Source of the DNA: the human T2T-CHM13v2.0 reference genome, Homo sapiens
DNA: 64,000 bases
Assembly (NCBI RefSeq): GCF_009914755.1
Contig: NC_060931.1
Direction: 5' to 3' (one strand)
This document shows, piece by piece, positions 1 to 13,700 of this stretch. Position 1 is the first letter of the stretch. The number at the start of each line of letters is the position of its first letter. The notes beneath the pieces are model-generated. The model did no database searches. It was given only the letters and a program-made list of their open reading frames with translations, and was not told the DNA's origin. A program made the translations under genes and the position numbers.

Positions 1-179
1 GAGAATAATGTTAAGAATTGCCCTTGACTGCAATCATGATTACTATGTTTCAAGTGCAATTTGTGTAGGCGTTAGAGGAATATGTGTGGATTAAGTATAA
101 CAACCCAGGATATTTTCAATAGAAGCCTGTAATATCTTAGAATTTATTGTTTTCCCTTCTATTTGTAAAAATAATAGTT

Positions 180-410
180 AACACTCATTTAGTGCTTATA
201 ATGTGTCGGGCATGTTTAAATGATTTTTATATATTAATTATTTTTCACAATATCCCTAAAAATTAGGTCCTTTTGATTTCTATTTTACTGCAGAGAAAAA
301 TTAGGCATAGAGCTACCAAAAGTCATGTAGATATTAAATCGCAGAATAATAACCAAATCCAGGCATATTGGCTTGAGAATCTTTGTTCTAATGGCTATGT
401 ATACTGCTTC
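180..410. mobile_element. MIR SINE remnant
   Basis: Degenerate MIR core: ...tattttactgcagagaaaaattaggcatagag...; boundaries approximate. Confidence 0.55.
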
Positions 411-469
411 TCTCCCTGTGAAGTTAAATAAGAAAAAGGTGGAAAGAAAAAGGAAAAGGAACAATTATA

Positions 470-680
470 TTAGTTGAGTGTCCCCTCTGTGTGAAACTCT
501 TTAAAATGCATTTTCTGATTTAATGCTCATAGTAATATCATAAATTTATTTTACTATTCTTATTTTTAAAGTTAGAGAACTGAAACTTGGAAAGGTCACA
601 TAATTTGCCTAAAGAGACATTGCTAGAAGTTAGAAGAATTAGTATTAAAACTCATGATTGCAAAGTCTGATCTTATCATC
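470..680. mobile_element. MIR SINE remnant
   Basis: Core-like 'agaactgaaacttggaaaggtcacataatttgcctaaag'; boundaries approximate. Confidence 0.5.
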
Positions 681-3479
681 ACAGTATCTTGGGGTCCCAA
701 CAAATGGAGGAAAGGGTTTTTTTTCTTATGTATCATCCCCTTCATCTGCATTTTCTGCCTAGCCCCGGAATCCCTTTCTTATTGATATACATATAAAATG
801 AATTATGGATCTAATGGTAAACTAGGCTAATAATTGTTCTTCTTGAAGTTCTCTAAATGGAAAACATGATACCATATACTTTTCTCTCAAAGAAGCACGC
901 TTTGACCAAGTGTATCATGGTATTTAAACTACAGGCCATTGACTAATTCCAGTGCTATGCTTAGTGTTCATCAGTGTAGGCCACTTTATCGTAAGCCATT
1001 TATATGTACCGGGAGGCATATTTTACTTCTATATTTTGCAAGGACACATTATGGTTAATTGACTCTACATGACAAAAATTAAAGATATGTTCTCTTAAGA
1101 ACTCAGTTTGGCAGTCAGAAAGAAATCAAATAAACAGAGATTGGCAAAAGTTAACTTTCATTTCTACCTGTTAAATGCACAGTAAGTTGTTATATAGTGA
1201 CAATGCTTTTCTTCTGTGTCTTCTTGGACACTAGAAAATAAACCCATAAAGGAAACTTGAACTGGGATTCAACTTTCAGTACTCATAACTGAGTAAAGTT
1301 GAGTATGCTTCAAGGGAAAAAAAGAAAAAGAAAATAAATACCTTCTTTATATTAAAATATGTTTTTATCTCGCTGATTTCTAAAGGCATATTAACAGTAC
1401 AATTTTGAAAGTTTACTTTCTCTCTCTCACACACACAAATACAGGAAGATACATGAACACACACTCTTCTATAAAGCGATAATATGTACCCCAAAAGCCT
1501 AAACTCTTATTTGAATTTTGCAGGTTCACCACTGGAACATGAAGCTTTATCTGAATGACAAAGTATAAGGGTCTCCTTGCTCTACAAAGGTTACTTTTAA
1601 AATAGAACTAACATTTGGGCAGATATTATATTTTTCTCCAGCATCATGCATTGAATTTCCAAGGGGAACAACCATTTTTTTTAAGTTATTCTCAACAACA
1701 TCGTTTACTGGCACACCATAATCCTTCTATATTACTGAAGACAAATCATTTCCAGACATGTCTAATAAGAGAGAGTCATTCATCTATAATAGTTACAAAG
1801 CCTATTGATATCTTGACATTTTATTTTCATTACTTGCGAATATGCCCTCCACTAACTGAGCAAGGCCACCTCCCACCACAAAGGTTAACTTGTTTTTCTT
1901 GGACTAGAGTTAATGTAGCCTGTGAACCCATGATTCATATCTGTGAAAGATAGAGATTGAAAGAGGCTGGTCACAACTAATTGTGATGAGACAGGCAACT
2001 ATGTCATCAAGACCACAGTCCACAACTCATTTCTGGAGGCAGTGAGGTAATTTTAATGAAGATAATGTAATTGCAGAAAGAAATATTTTTCTGACCTCCT
2101 TATTTCATGGCAGTGGATACATCTGGGATTCTCAAAGGGATTCTCAAGCCATAGGAAGCACTCTGAGTGGCAATTTCCCGAAATCTTTAGAGAATTAAGA
2201 ATCTCTAAGACATATCAAAGCATATACATTTATTATATCTGTAAAATTTTATGGTATATTCTACATGCCTGACAATCAGTATTTGTAGCTTTTTAATATG
2301 TGTCTCTGTTTGCATTTGCCGATTGTGATTTTTCTTCTTACTCACTACACTTGTATCTCAATGACTTTTTACAGTTTCTAAAAATGAAAAACACTCTTAT
2401 AAGTAATAATTTACTATCAGTAAAGGATATCAAAGACCCCAAAGCAGCTGGAGTTGTCCCAAACTTTTTTAAAAGGAAAAAATACCAGTGTCATTGGAAT
2501 AGATGCATAGTTGACTAAGGAAACTACTTTAAGGACATAAAGAATTTGTACCTAAAATTTCTAAAAATTTGGTAAAGAATTTGACCACATTACCTTAAAT
2601 CTTAGCATGTCTTAGCTTGATTCATTCTCAGTCAGTTTATCAGCCTTTCTCTGAAAGTCATTTCAATTCCATAGATATTCTCTCGGTAATAATCAAAAGA
2701 TAACTCTGAAGCTTGCCTTCCTAATGCTGGTAATTGCTTGTTCTGCTCATGACTGAACTTTGTGTTCTTGAATTTTTCATCTGATTTTGCAGCCTTATTT
2801 TTTGATATTTGAAATGATGAACGCCAGGGAAAGAGTGACCTATATGACCATAAGCATAAACTGTAAGATCCTTAAATTGCTTTTAAATCATCATATTTCA
2901 GACTACAGGTCTGATTCAGCACCTAGCCGTCAAGGAAAGTTGACTGTGGCCTGTAAGCATCATTGGTATGGAAGGCTTCTCTTATCTGGAGTGTAGTACT
3001 TTGGAAATACTGCTTCAGGTTATTTTGCCAGAATACATAGAAATCAATGTTGGGATCCCAAGCAAGAGGAAAAATACTCTTCCTTGAAAATACTAAATTT
3101 TCATGCATGCATGTGGCTTTGCATGTCAGGGGACAGATCAGAATCTTTATCATAATTGTTTATTTTCTTTCAACTAACTAATAAGTTCCTGAATATAAGG
3201 TGTTGCCAACAATCTATCACACAGGTTTTCAATCACTGGTCTCACATTCTACAAATAAATACCAATTCTTTTGGAGAGGTAAATTCATGACAGCATTTAG
3301 TTATCATTATTTTCTGTGAAACTAAGAATGAGTAACCATCAGAAGCATTCTTAATGGTAAACAGAGGAAAATTGTGAATTATAGGACACATCTATCGTGA
3401 ACAACCATGTAATTATAATTTTTTAAATTTTTTCTTCAAGAATTATGAATTTGATAACTCTCCAAGACATAAGCCAAAC

Positions 3480-4064
3480 TGTTACCAAAAAAAGGTCCTA
3501 ATTCAGACTCCAAGACAGGGTTCTTGGATCTCACACAAGAAGACATTCCAGGCGAATCCATAAAGTGGAAGCAAGTTTATTAAGAAAGTAAAGGAATAAA
3601 GACTGGCTCCTCCATAGGCAGAGCAACCCTGGGGGCTGCTGGTTGCCCATTTTTATGGTTATTTCTTGATTATATGCTAAAGAAGGAGTGGATTATTCAT
3701 GCCTCCCTTTTTTAGACTATATAAGGGTAACTTCCTGACATTGCCATGGCATTTGTAAACTGTCATGGCACTGGTGGGAGTGTCTTTTAGCATGCTAATG
3801 TATTATAATTATCATGTAATGAGCAGTGAGGATGACCAGAGGTCACACCCATAGCCATCTTGGTCTTGATGGGTTTTGGCCAGCTTCTTTACTACAACCT
3901 GTTTATCAGCAAGGTCTTTATGACCTGTATCTTGTGCCAACCTCCTATGTCATCCTGCGACTTAGAATGTCCAGCCTCCTGGGAATACAGCCCAGCAGGT
4001 CTCAGCCTTATTTTACCCAGCCCCTATTCAAGATAGAGTCACTCTGGTTCAAACCCCTCTGACA
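3480..4064 (-). mobile_element. MER41 solo LTR (ERV1)
   Basis: Reverse complement begins TGTCAGAGGGGTTTGAACCAGAG and ends GGTAACA; 4-bp TSD aaac (3476-3479 / 4065-4068). Confidence 0.92.
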
Positions 4065-4864
4065 AAACCACTCAAATGCACTTGGCTATCAAGTGATATT
4101 TGACTAACCTTAACATTTAATTCTACCCCAAAATGCTACCTTGTAAGATAATTTTCTGCAAATATCTGGTGTATATCTTAGTTTATACTACAGGAGAGAG
4201 GAATGTTTTTATGGTATGTCTCCTACAGGGCAAATTTATTATGGGACTTGAGATACTGTGATGTTTGAGAAAAGGAAGAGGAATAAATGATGGAAAATAC
4301 ATTCACATTTTACTTCAGGTAAAACATTCTTCAACACCTTTTTGGTATTTGGCACATTTTTGTAAGATAATTCTTACTACATTGAATGTTCATGTCTAAG
4401 TTTTCATAAGATCATTTCCAACCTTCAAAAATATCAAACTCATTTAAATTATTTTTTCTGTAGCTTGAATTTGAATGTTCTTTATTGCTTTCATCATGAG
4501 GAAAACTCGTGTTAAACATTTCTATTTCTTTATGTGTAATACATAAACCCATGAGAGATAAACCCAAAGATAAAGGATTTTGTTGTAATCCATTCCAAAG
4601 GTTGTCAGATTTATTATAATAAGTTATGCTAAAATAGAAATCTATTTTCACTGTTTACCTTTTTCATAAAAATACCCTGTCTTCTCAATAAGAATTAAAT
4701 CCTGAAGAGTAGATTGATGATCTTATTGGAGATCTTATTAAAGGGCAGTCAGACATGGGTATGTCTCTTCTCAATACATCACACTCTTCTCAATACATCA
4801 TTAAGCCACGCATTAAGCTATGTTTTAATGCATCTACAATAAGTCATTCAGGTGTTGAGGATTA

Positions 4865-5255
4865 TGTCAGAGTCTGTTTATGCCCTGCCCAGTTCCCCCT
4901 GGCTACGTTGAAGCACCATCCCTGGCTGCTGCCAGTGTTCACTGCTGATGCCTCTCAGATGCACACATCTCTGGAGGATTGTCTTGGGCTGCCAGGTGCA
5001 GCCTTGCCTGGTGATCCCTGGAAGGTTATGCACTCCCACTCTGGGGATGAGATGCAGCCATTAATTAACCAATGTAGGGATGTGACAGTTTAGCCTCCTT
5101 GCTTTGGGCAGTAGAAAATGTGATGCAACTCATGCTCCAGAGCTCCCTAGGGCATCAGGCTGAGTTTGACTTCCCCTAAAATCACATCTTTTTCTAGCTT
5201 CTTCCCCTCACTCTCCTCCTTTCCTCATTCACTTATGGATGTTTCTTGAGAGTAA
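4865..5255 (+). mobile_element. LTR16C-like ERVL LTR remnant
   Basis: 'tgcaactcatgctccagagctccctagggcatcaggctgag...aaatcacatc...cttcttcccc' resembles LTR16C. Confidence 0.6.
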
Positions 5256-6137
5256 CTTGAAGCCACTATGAATACTCTATTCTCTAGCAAAGTGAGCGTA
5301 ATCCCTGCAGCAGATTTAAAGAAAGAAGATGGGAGCATGAGGACACAAGCCATCTAGTGGTGGATGCACGGATTTAAGGGTTGAGGAAGGTTAAAATCAG
5401 TATATATGTTTTTTAGGCTTTCTGAGGTTAATGTAATTTTTGCATTTACTATTGTCTATATAACCCTCCTTTCCCTTACTGTATAATAAACAATAATAAG
5501 TGGAATAAACTTATCCATATTGTTTCCAGGGATGGCCACATAAATAATTTTTGTGTTTTTCTGTTAGTTAGAAGCCAGAATCATAAAGTAGCCACCATTT
5601 TCCTGAGAGTGTATTTCTCTGCTTTTCCCAGAGGATGCTGCCTGAGCAGGCTGTCATTGTAGAGAGATTCTTGGGATCTGGAAGCTACATTAACTACTTC
5701 AAACCCTTTGGGTATTATTTAGTACAATTTAGGACTAGTCTTAGCAAATTCCAAACTGGTGAATTACTCTTAGTTGTACACTAGAGACCTGAAAGAGTTA
5801 ACGCAAGCGTGTCTCCTGAACAGGAGAGCAGCTGGCACCCCAGAAGAAGCTAGCTCAGCATGTGCGGGTCGTAAGTTCCAGAACAGGACAGAGCCGCCTT
5901 GACACTTTTTGAGCATGGAGTGATTGTGGCTGGCTTCATCACGTTCCCTCCTTTGTGCCATGGAAACGTGTCTTACTAAATGATTATCTTGATGTCTGAT
6001 GGAATTAATGGAGTTTCCATTTATTTAGAAATGGATGAGACACTGTCCTAGTCTGAACCTGTGATCCAAAAAGGAAGATAAATTATTTCCACCTTTAAAC
6101 AAAATCTAGTGTATTTTGAAGCTTAATGCAAAACATT

Positions 6138-6590
6138 TGTATTATTAGTTTGCTAGAACTGCCATAAAGAACATCTCACAGAATGGCTCAAACAACAGAA
6201 ACTTATTGCCTCGTGGTTCTGGAGGCTAGAAGACTGAAATCAAGGTCATCAGGGTTGGTTTGCCTTGAGAGCTGTGAGGGGAAAATCTGTTCCATGCCTC
6301 TCTCCTGCTTCTGGTATGTTGCTGGCAGTTTTTGGTGTTCCTGGGCTTGTAGAAATATCACTCGTTCATTGCCTTCATGGTCACCTCACATTCTCCCAGT
6401 GTGCACACATGCCTCCAAATTTCCCCCTTTTATGACACCAATCATATTGGATTAGAGCACACTCTAATCATTTTATTTTCATTTGATTATCTCTATAAAG
6501 ATCCTATCTCCAAATAAGATCACATCCTGAAATACTGGGGATTAGAACTTCAACATGTGAATTTTGAGGGACACAGTGCAATACATAACA
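6138..6590 (-). mobile_element. MLT1C-like MaLR LTR
   Basis: tgtatt...ttctggaggctagaag...aaatcaagg...gggacac...aaca layout typical of antisense MLT1. Confidence 0.8.
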
Positions 6591-6841
6591 GCATTATTTA
6601 AAGATAATTTTGGGTTGGCTGATGTTATGGTTTGAAGTCACTTTGTCACTGTTCTCAATACATCAATATTCTGCTTTCAAGTCAGAGGCACAACCTCAAA
6701 TTGTCTACATGGACCTGGCAAGTGGCTCAAATAAGCCAGGTGTAATAAAGCAAAACAAAAAACATAAACAAAATGCACCATCTTTATTAAATGAGAGTTG
6801 ACATTTGTTCTCAGGAGATTTAATTAAAGCAGTCTCACTTT

Positions 6842-7070
6842 GCTCACTGCAACTCCACCTCCCAGGCTCAAGCATTCTCCTGCTTCAGCCTCCTGAGTAG
6901 CTGGGATTACAGGTGTTCACTACCATGCCTGGCTAATTTTTGTATTTTTAGTGGAGACACAGTTTCACCATGTTGGCCAGGCTGGTTTCGAACTCCTTGA
7001 CCTCAAATGAACTGCCCACCTCAGCCTTCCAAAGTGCTGGGATTACAGGGGTGAGCCACCACACCTGGCC
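6842..7070 (-). mobile_element. AluS lacking the tail end
   Basis: Antisense Alu from gctcactgcaac to acctggcc. Confidence 0.9.
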
Positions 7071-7713
7071 AAATTAGTCTGTTTTTAAGTATCTTATTGG
7101 TTCACAGGAGTAGTTACATATACTCAATCATTATGGCATGTCTTTGTAAGTTATTATTTTTTGTTTATTAGATGTTGTAAACTATCCCATTATATAATTT
7201 AAATGTGATACAAATTGACTGCAATTACAACTGAAATTTTTAAACAGATGAAAGATTTCATGAAGTCAATATAAGTGATGTTGATAAGAATATGGATTAG
7301 TTCAATCCATTGATTAAAAAAGAATAGAAAATTGACAAGTAGAACTGGTTCTTCTATAGAGACTAATTTGCATGTCTAAGGGACAAACAGAGTTCCTTGG
7401 GGAAATTGATAACATGTATCAATACTTTTCTTTTTTAAAAATGACACTCTTTATGACTGGACTGTGAAAGTCAAATGTTAAGTATGAACTTCATGATGTC
7501 ATATAATTTTGTCAAAAATTATAAATCTACAATAATTCATACCTTATTATATGATTATAGTTTGAAATTATATGATTAATTTGAATAAATATGAGGTAAA
7601 ACAAAGTAATTTACCATGATTTATATTTTATTTGGTAATATAACATTTTTTTCAGATTTAACTATGAAATTTTGTATCTTGTTTTAAACTGATTTACTTA
7701 GAAAAATTATTTG

Positions 7714-8857
7714 TAAATGCTACCAAAAGGTTCCTGGAACTAATAAACAAATTCAGCAGTTTCAAGATACAAAATCAATGTATAAAAGTCAGTAGCATTT
7801 CTATATACCAGTAATGTTCAAGTTGAGAGCCAAATCTAGAACACAATCCCAGCAACAACAGCCAAACAAAAAGTAAAATATTTAGGAATACATCTAACCA
7901 AAGAGATAAAAGATCTTTACAAGGAGAACTACAAAACACTACAAAAAGAAATCATAGATGATGGTAACAAATCGAAAAAAAATCATGCTCATGTACTGGA
8001 AGAATCAATACCACTAAAATGGTCATATTACCCAAAGCGATCTATAGTTCAATACTATTTCTATCAAATTGCCAATGTCATTTTTTTCACAGAACTGGAA
8101 AAAACTAATCTAAAATTTATATAGAATCAAAAAGAAAAAAAAGCCCACATAGCCAAAGGAATCCTAGGAAAAAAAGAACAAAGCCAGAGGCATCACATTA
8201 CCTGACTTCAAACTATACTACAAGGTTACAGTAAATGAAACAGCATGGTACTGGATCAAAAATAGGCACAGAGACCAATGGAACAGAATGGAGAATCCAG
8301 ATAAAGGTGCACATCTATAGCCACCCAATCTTTAACAAAATCAACATAAATAAGCAATGAAGAAACACTTCCTATTTAATAAATGGTGCTGGGATAACTG
8401 GCTAGCCATTTGCAGAAGAATGAAACTGTACCCCTACATTTCACCATATACAAAAATTAACTCAAGATGGATTAAAGATTTAAATGTAAGACCTCAAACT
8501 GTAAGAATCCTGAAGAAAGCCTTGGAAACACCATTCTGGACATAGGCCTTGGGAAATCATTTATAACTAAGTCCTCAAAAGCAATTGTAACAAAAACAAA
8601 AATTGACATGTAGGACCTAATTAAACTAAAGAGCTTCTGCACAGCAACAGAAACTATCAACAGTGTAAACAGATAATCTACAAAATGGGAGAAAATATTC
8701 ACAAACTATGCATCTGAGGGAGGTCTAATATCTGGACTCTATAAAGACATGAACTGACACTTCTTGAGGGAAGACATATAAGCAGCAACAAACATGAGAA
8801 AATGATCATCACTAATCATCAGAAAAATGCAAATTGAAACCATAATGAGATACCATC
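7714..8857 (+). mobile_element. Old primate L1 (L1PB-like) ORF2 fragment
   Basis: Degraded ORF2 (ORF 8357-8545 [16 protein letters not shown]); ends at the THE1 LTR and does not resume. Confidence 0.85.
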
Positions 8858-9878
8858 TGTATTAGTTATTTCTCACATCTCTATAAAGAACTGCCCAACA
8901 CTGGGTAATTTATAAAGAGAAGAGGTTTAATTGACTCACAGTTATGCAGGGCTGGGAAGGCCTCAGGAAACTTACAATCATAGCAGAAGAGGAACAGACA
9001 TGTCCTACTGCATATGACCGCAGGAAGGTGAAGTGCAGAGCAAAGTGGGAGGAAAACCTTTATAAAACCATCAGATTTTGTGAGAACTCACTCACTATCA
9101 TGAAAACAGCATGGAAGTAACCATCCCCGTGACTCAATTACCTTTCGCTGGGTCCCTCCCCCAACACATGGGGATTACGGGAATTACAATTCAAGATGAG
9201 ATTTGGGTGGAGACACAGCCAAACCATACCATTCTGCCCATGACCCTCACCAAATCTCATGTCCTCACATTTCAAAACACAATCATGCCTTCCCAACAGT
9301 CCCCCAATGTCTTAACGCATTTCAGCATTAACTCAAAAGTCCAAGTTCAAAGTCTTATCTGATACAAGACAAGTCCCTTCTACCTATGAGCCTGTAAAAT
9401 CAAAAGCAAGTTGGTTACTTTTTACATACAATGGGGGACAGGCATTGGGTAACTATATCCCTTTCAAATGGGAGAAATTGGCCAAAACAAAGGGGCTACA
9501 GGATCCATGCAAGTCCAAAATTCAATAGGGCAGTCATTAAATCTTAAAGCTCAGAAATAATCTCCTTTGAATTAATGTCTCACATTCAGGTCACGCTGAC
9601 ACGAGAGGTGGGCTCCCAGACCTTTCAGCAGTTCCACCCCTGTGGCTTTGCAGGGTACATCTGCCCTACTGGCTGCTTTCATGGGCTGGCATTGAGTGTC
9701 TGTGGCTTTTCCAGGTGCACAGTGAAAGCTGTCTGTGGATCTACAATTCTGGGGCCTGGAGGATGGTGGCCCTCCTCTCACAGCTCTGTTAGGCAGTGCC
9801 CCAGTAGGAACTGTGTGGGGGGGCTCCAACACCACATTTATCTTCTGCACTGCCCTAGCAGATGTTCTCCATGAGGGC
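8858..9878 (-). mobile_element. THE1D-like LTR (8858-9231) plus truncated THE1 internal sequence
   Basis: tgtattag...cagccaaaccatacca LTR followed by MaLR internal sequence (ccaaatctcatgtcctcacatttc...). Confidence 0.88.
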
Positions 9879-11108
9879 TATTTCATAATGGTGCTGGGAA
9901 AACTGACTAGCCATATGCAGAAAACTGAAACTGGACCCCTTCCTTAGACCTGACACAAAAATTAACTCAAAATGGATTAAAGACTTAGACATAAGACCTA
10001 AAACCATACAAACCCTAGAAGAAAACCTAAGCAATACCATTCAGGACATAGGCATGGGCAAAGACTTCATGACTTAAACACCAAAAGCAATGGCAACAAA
10101 AGCCAGAACTGACAAATGGGATCTAATCAAATTAAAGAACTTCTGCACAACAAAATAAACTAGCACAAGCATGAACAGGCAATCTGCGGAATGGGAGAAA
10201 ATTTTGCAATCTACCCATCTTACAAAGGTCAAATATCGAGAATCTACAAGGAACTTAAACAAATTTACAAGAAAAAAACAACCCCATCAAAAAGTGAGCA
10301 AAGGATATGAACAGACACTTCTCAAAAGAAGACATTTATGTGGCCAACAAACATATGAAAAAAAGCTCATCATCACTGATCATTAGAGAAATGTAAAACA
10401 AAGAATGGTGATTATTAAAAAGTCAGGAAACAACAGATGCTGGAGAGGATGTGGAGAAATAGGAACACTATTGCCCTGTTGGTGGGAGTGTAAATTAGTT
10501 CAACTACTATGGAAGACAATGTGGCGATTCCTCAAAGATCTAGAACTAAAAATACCGTTGACTCAGTGATCCCATTACTGGGTATATACCCAAAGGATTA
10601 TAAATCATGCTACTATAAAGACACATGCACATGTATGTTTATTGTGGCAATATACACAATAGCAAAGACTTGGAACCAACCCAGATGCCCATCAATGATA
10701 GACTGGATAAAGAAAATGTGGCACATATACACCGTGAAATACTATGCAGCCATAAAAAAGAATGAGTTCATGTTCTTTGCGGGGACATGGATGAAGCTGG
10801 AAGCCATCATTCTCAGCAAACTAACACGGGAACAGAAAACCAAACACCGAATGTTCTCACTCATAAGTGGGAGTTGAACAGTTTGAACACATGGACACAG
10901 CGAGGGGAACATCACACATCAGGGCTTGTCAGGGGGTGGGGGCCAAGGGGAGGGAGAGCATTAGTACAAATACCTAAAGCATGTGGGGCTTAAAACCTAG
11001 ATGACTGGTTGATAGGTGCAGCAAACCACCATGGCACATCTATACCTATGTAACAAACCTGCATGTTTTGCACGTGTATCCCAGAACTTAAAGTAAAATG
11101 AAAAAATA
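9879..11108 (+). mobile_element. 5'-truncated L1PA7-PA10-like element
   Basis: ORF2 C-terminus (ORF 10509-10877 ...[11 protein letters not shown]), 3'UTR 'ggggcttaaaacctagatgac', short A tail; small internal deletion near 10400. Confidence 0.9.
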
Positions 11109-11476
11109 GAGGTAATAGTTGTAGGCTTTTAAAAGATAAGCTGATAAAGAAATCTGCTTATGGAGATATTTTATTATTGTTAAGTGTTTGATATTGTACC
11201 ATATGTTTATGATGTCTTGTTACTGCTTGATGATTTTTAATTTTTTTAAAAAAATTTAAATATTAGGTAAATAGGAAAAGGTATAAAAAAGTAACATGCC
11301 AATGTACTCAACACCTATATCTAACAGATATTTACACATGGCTGTATTTGCCCTTGGTTGACTTTTTTCTCAGAAGTTGGTATTTCTGATCCACCTTAAA
11401 AGACGTTCTCTTTACTTTTCACCACCTCGTTGCACAGAAGTGTCCTCATGCTGAAGTATATATGCTCTTAGGTATT

Positions 11477-11954
11477 TGTATCAGTTTCCTAGGGCTGCCA
11501 AGGCAAATTATCAAAAACTGGGTGATTCAAACAACAAAAATGTATTCTTCCACAGTTCAGGAGGGCGGAAATACAAAATCAAGGTGTCAACAGCGTTGGT
11601 TTCTTTTGGAGGCTCTGAGAAGTATCTGTCCTATGCCTCTCTCTAATCTCCCGGTGGTTAAGAGCATCCTTTGGTATTACCTTGGCTTATAGATGCCAAG
11701 GACTTGAGATTGAGATCAACTCAATCGCTGCCTCTGACATAGCATGGCCATCACCCTCATGTGTCTGTATCTCTGTGTCTTCCCATGATCTTCTTGTAAG
11801 GAAGAACACTCAACATAGATTAGGAACCACCCTAATTCAGTATGACCTCATCTTAACTAAGTACACTTGCAATGACCCTGTTTTTAAGTAAGGTGACATT
11901 CTGAGGTTCTGGATGAACATGATTTTGTGGGGACACTATTTAATCCGTAGAACA
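11477..11954 (-). mobile_element. MLT1B/C-like MaLR LTR
   Basis: tgtatcagtttcctagggctgcc ... gtatgacctcatcttaact ... ggggacactatt. Confidence 0.8.
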
Positions 11955-12324
11955 TGTTTTAAATTTCTTTTAATAGATAGGTATGCAATTATTAACAACT
12001 CATAATATAAATTTAATGTGCTTTCAAATATACTTAAATGTCCTTTTGCAAAATTTTTGCTCTTGTATTTTAAACTTCAGCAAGTTGATACATGTATATC
12101 AGTTGCATAATTTCAATTAATATGTATTTCATTTTCTGAATAAAATAGGTTATCAATCAATGCTGTTATTAATGAAAATATCGCTTCCAAGTTTTGTCCC
12201 TACAAACTGTACTGCAAAAAATCCTCATTCATGTTTCACTTTATACACCAGTAAAAAGTCTCTAGATTAGATATCTATGAAAAAAATAGGGGGGTCAGAA
12301 GATAAACAAATTCTGTCTTTCTAG

Positions 12325-13450
12325 AGCTACACAAAGACTACATTTTCAGCCTTTCTCATATTTAGATTGAAGTCACATGACAAAGTTCTGACAGAGAAAT
12401 GTGAGTGACTTGTAAAATGCCTCTGGAGCCTCTGTGCTTTTACTCCCTCATCCCCACAGTGGAAAGCAAAAGACCAACATGGCAAGGCCACCAAATTGAA
12501 GAAGCGTGTGCCACTCAACAGCCACTTAAGAGTAGACCTCCCAGGAGAGTTGCCTGATCGAAGATATCCACATTTTTTTGGCATTTAAGTCACTGAGATT
12601 TGGGGGTTGCAGAGCAGCTAGCATTATTTATGCTAACTAGTACATAATTGGCACTTTAGGATGAGAGACTGCCCTAATGAAAGTCTAGGTAACAAGGATA
12701 CTGTTAACAAAGCCTGGGGAGTTGGGGATCTGTGTTGGCAAAGCTTTTAGTACAATTGTTGCCTTCAGAAACTTGGACAGCTGCTCATGTTCTGACTTAG
12801 CTTGTGTGTGTAGGGGAGGTAGATGGAAAAAAGAAACTTCTGTGCACGTGGACTGGCTACTATTGATTTTATTACAAGTAAAATATGATCATAGCAATGA
12901 AGTGGCTGATTTACAGGAAGTAACTGAAGAGTTACCCTAAAACTATGGAGTCTTGCAAGGTTGGAAAAGCCTACCATCTCCATGTTCTTAATAAGAGGAG
13001 TTGGAATTTAGATATATTTTTAACTAGTAAGGCCCTAATTTTATCAGTTTAATAAAATTATTTAGGCTAATGATAAAATCAACAGCTGGGCTTCCCAACC
13101 AATTGTTTTTCAAGATAGACAAAATGTAAAGAGAGAGGAAGAGAGGGAAAAAAAAGAATAAACATTACTAGATACTGGCACACTGAATAACTATAAGCAA
13201 AGAGATCAAAAGTTTATGGAGTTTTTGAGGAAGCTGTATTTTTGAAGAATCTTCAAACTCTGGACTAAAAACATTGCATTTGCAGCTTCAAGAGTTAAAC
13301 TTCTTTTGAGCTACCAAACTTCCATGAAGAGGGGGTAAGTTTTCTGGTTGTTAAGACTACAAAAGGGCATGCACCCACACTTCTTGAATAATGAACAGTA
13401 AGTACATCCAGAGATCATGGAAAACAATGCACCAAGAAGCTATTTCGATG
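12325..13450 (+). mobile_element. Old MLT1 (G/H-like) LTR and internal remnant
   Basis: LTR end 'ttaagtcactgagatttgggggttg...ctaactagtaca' followed by an MLT-internal-like start 'taattggcact'; heavily diverged. Confidence 0.45.
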
Positions 13451-13469
13451 AAAACTAATCTTGTTTTCT

Positions 13470-13700
13470 GTTGCTGTACTGTCTCCCATTAGAAGCACAT
13501 GGCTTGGTTCTGCCAGTTGCATGTATGCAGAGCTTTTATATGCCACCTCCTGGCCTCACTCCAGGAACTTCCTGTGTGACCTTCCGTACTGTATTCTCCA
13601 TCTGTGCAGCTAGACTAGAAGCACTCTGTGTTGGAGGAGCCACAGGATACAGATGCCAAGTGTCCTTTGTCACACTATGTAGGAGAGCTACCAGGAGTGT
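13470..13700. mobile_element. MLT1J/K-like remnant
   Basis: Reverse strand 'ggccaggaggtggcatata...tggcagaacc' resembles the MLT1J/K core. Confidence 0.35.

Noticed and set aside
2793-2952. Plus-strand AG/GT-bounded segments
   Set aside because: The implied intron is ~40 nt and no consistent frame links them.
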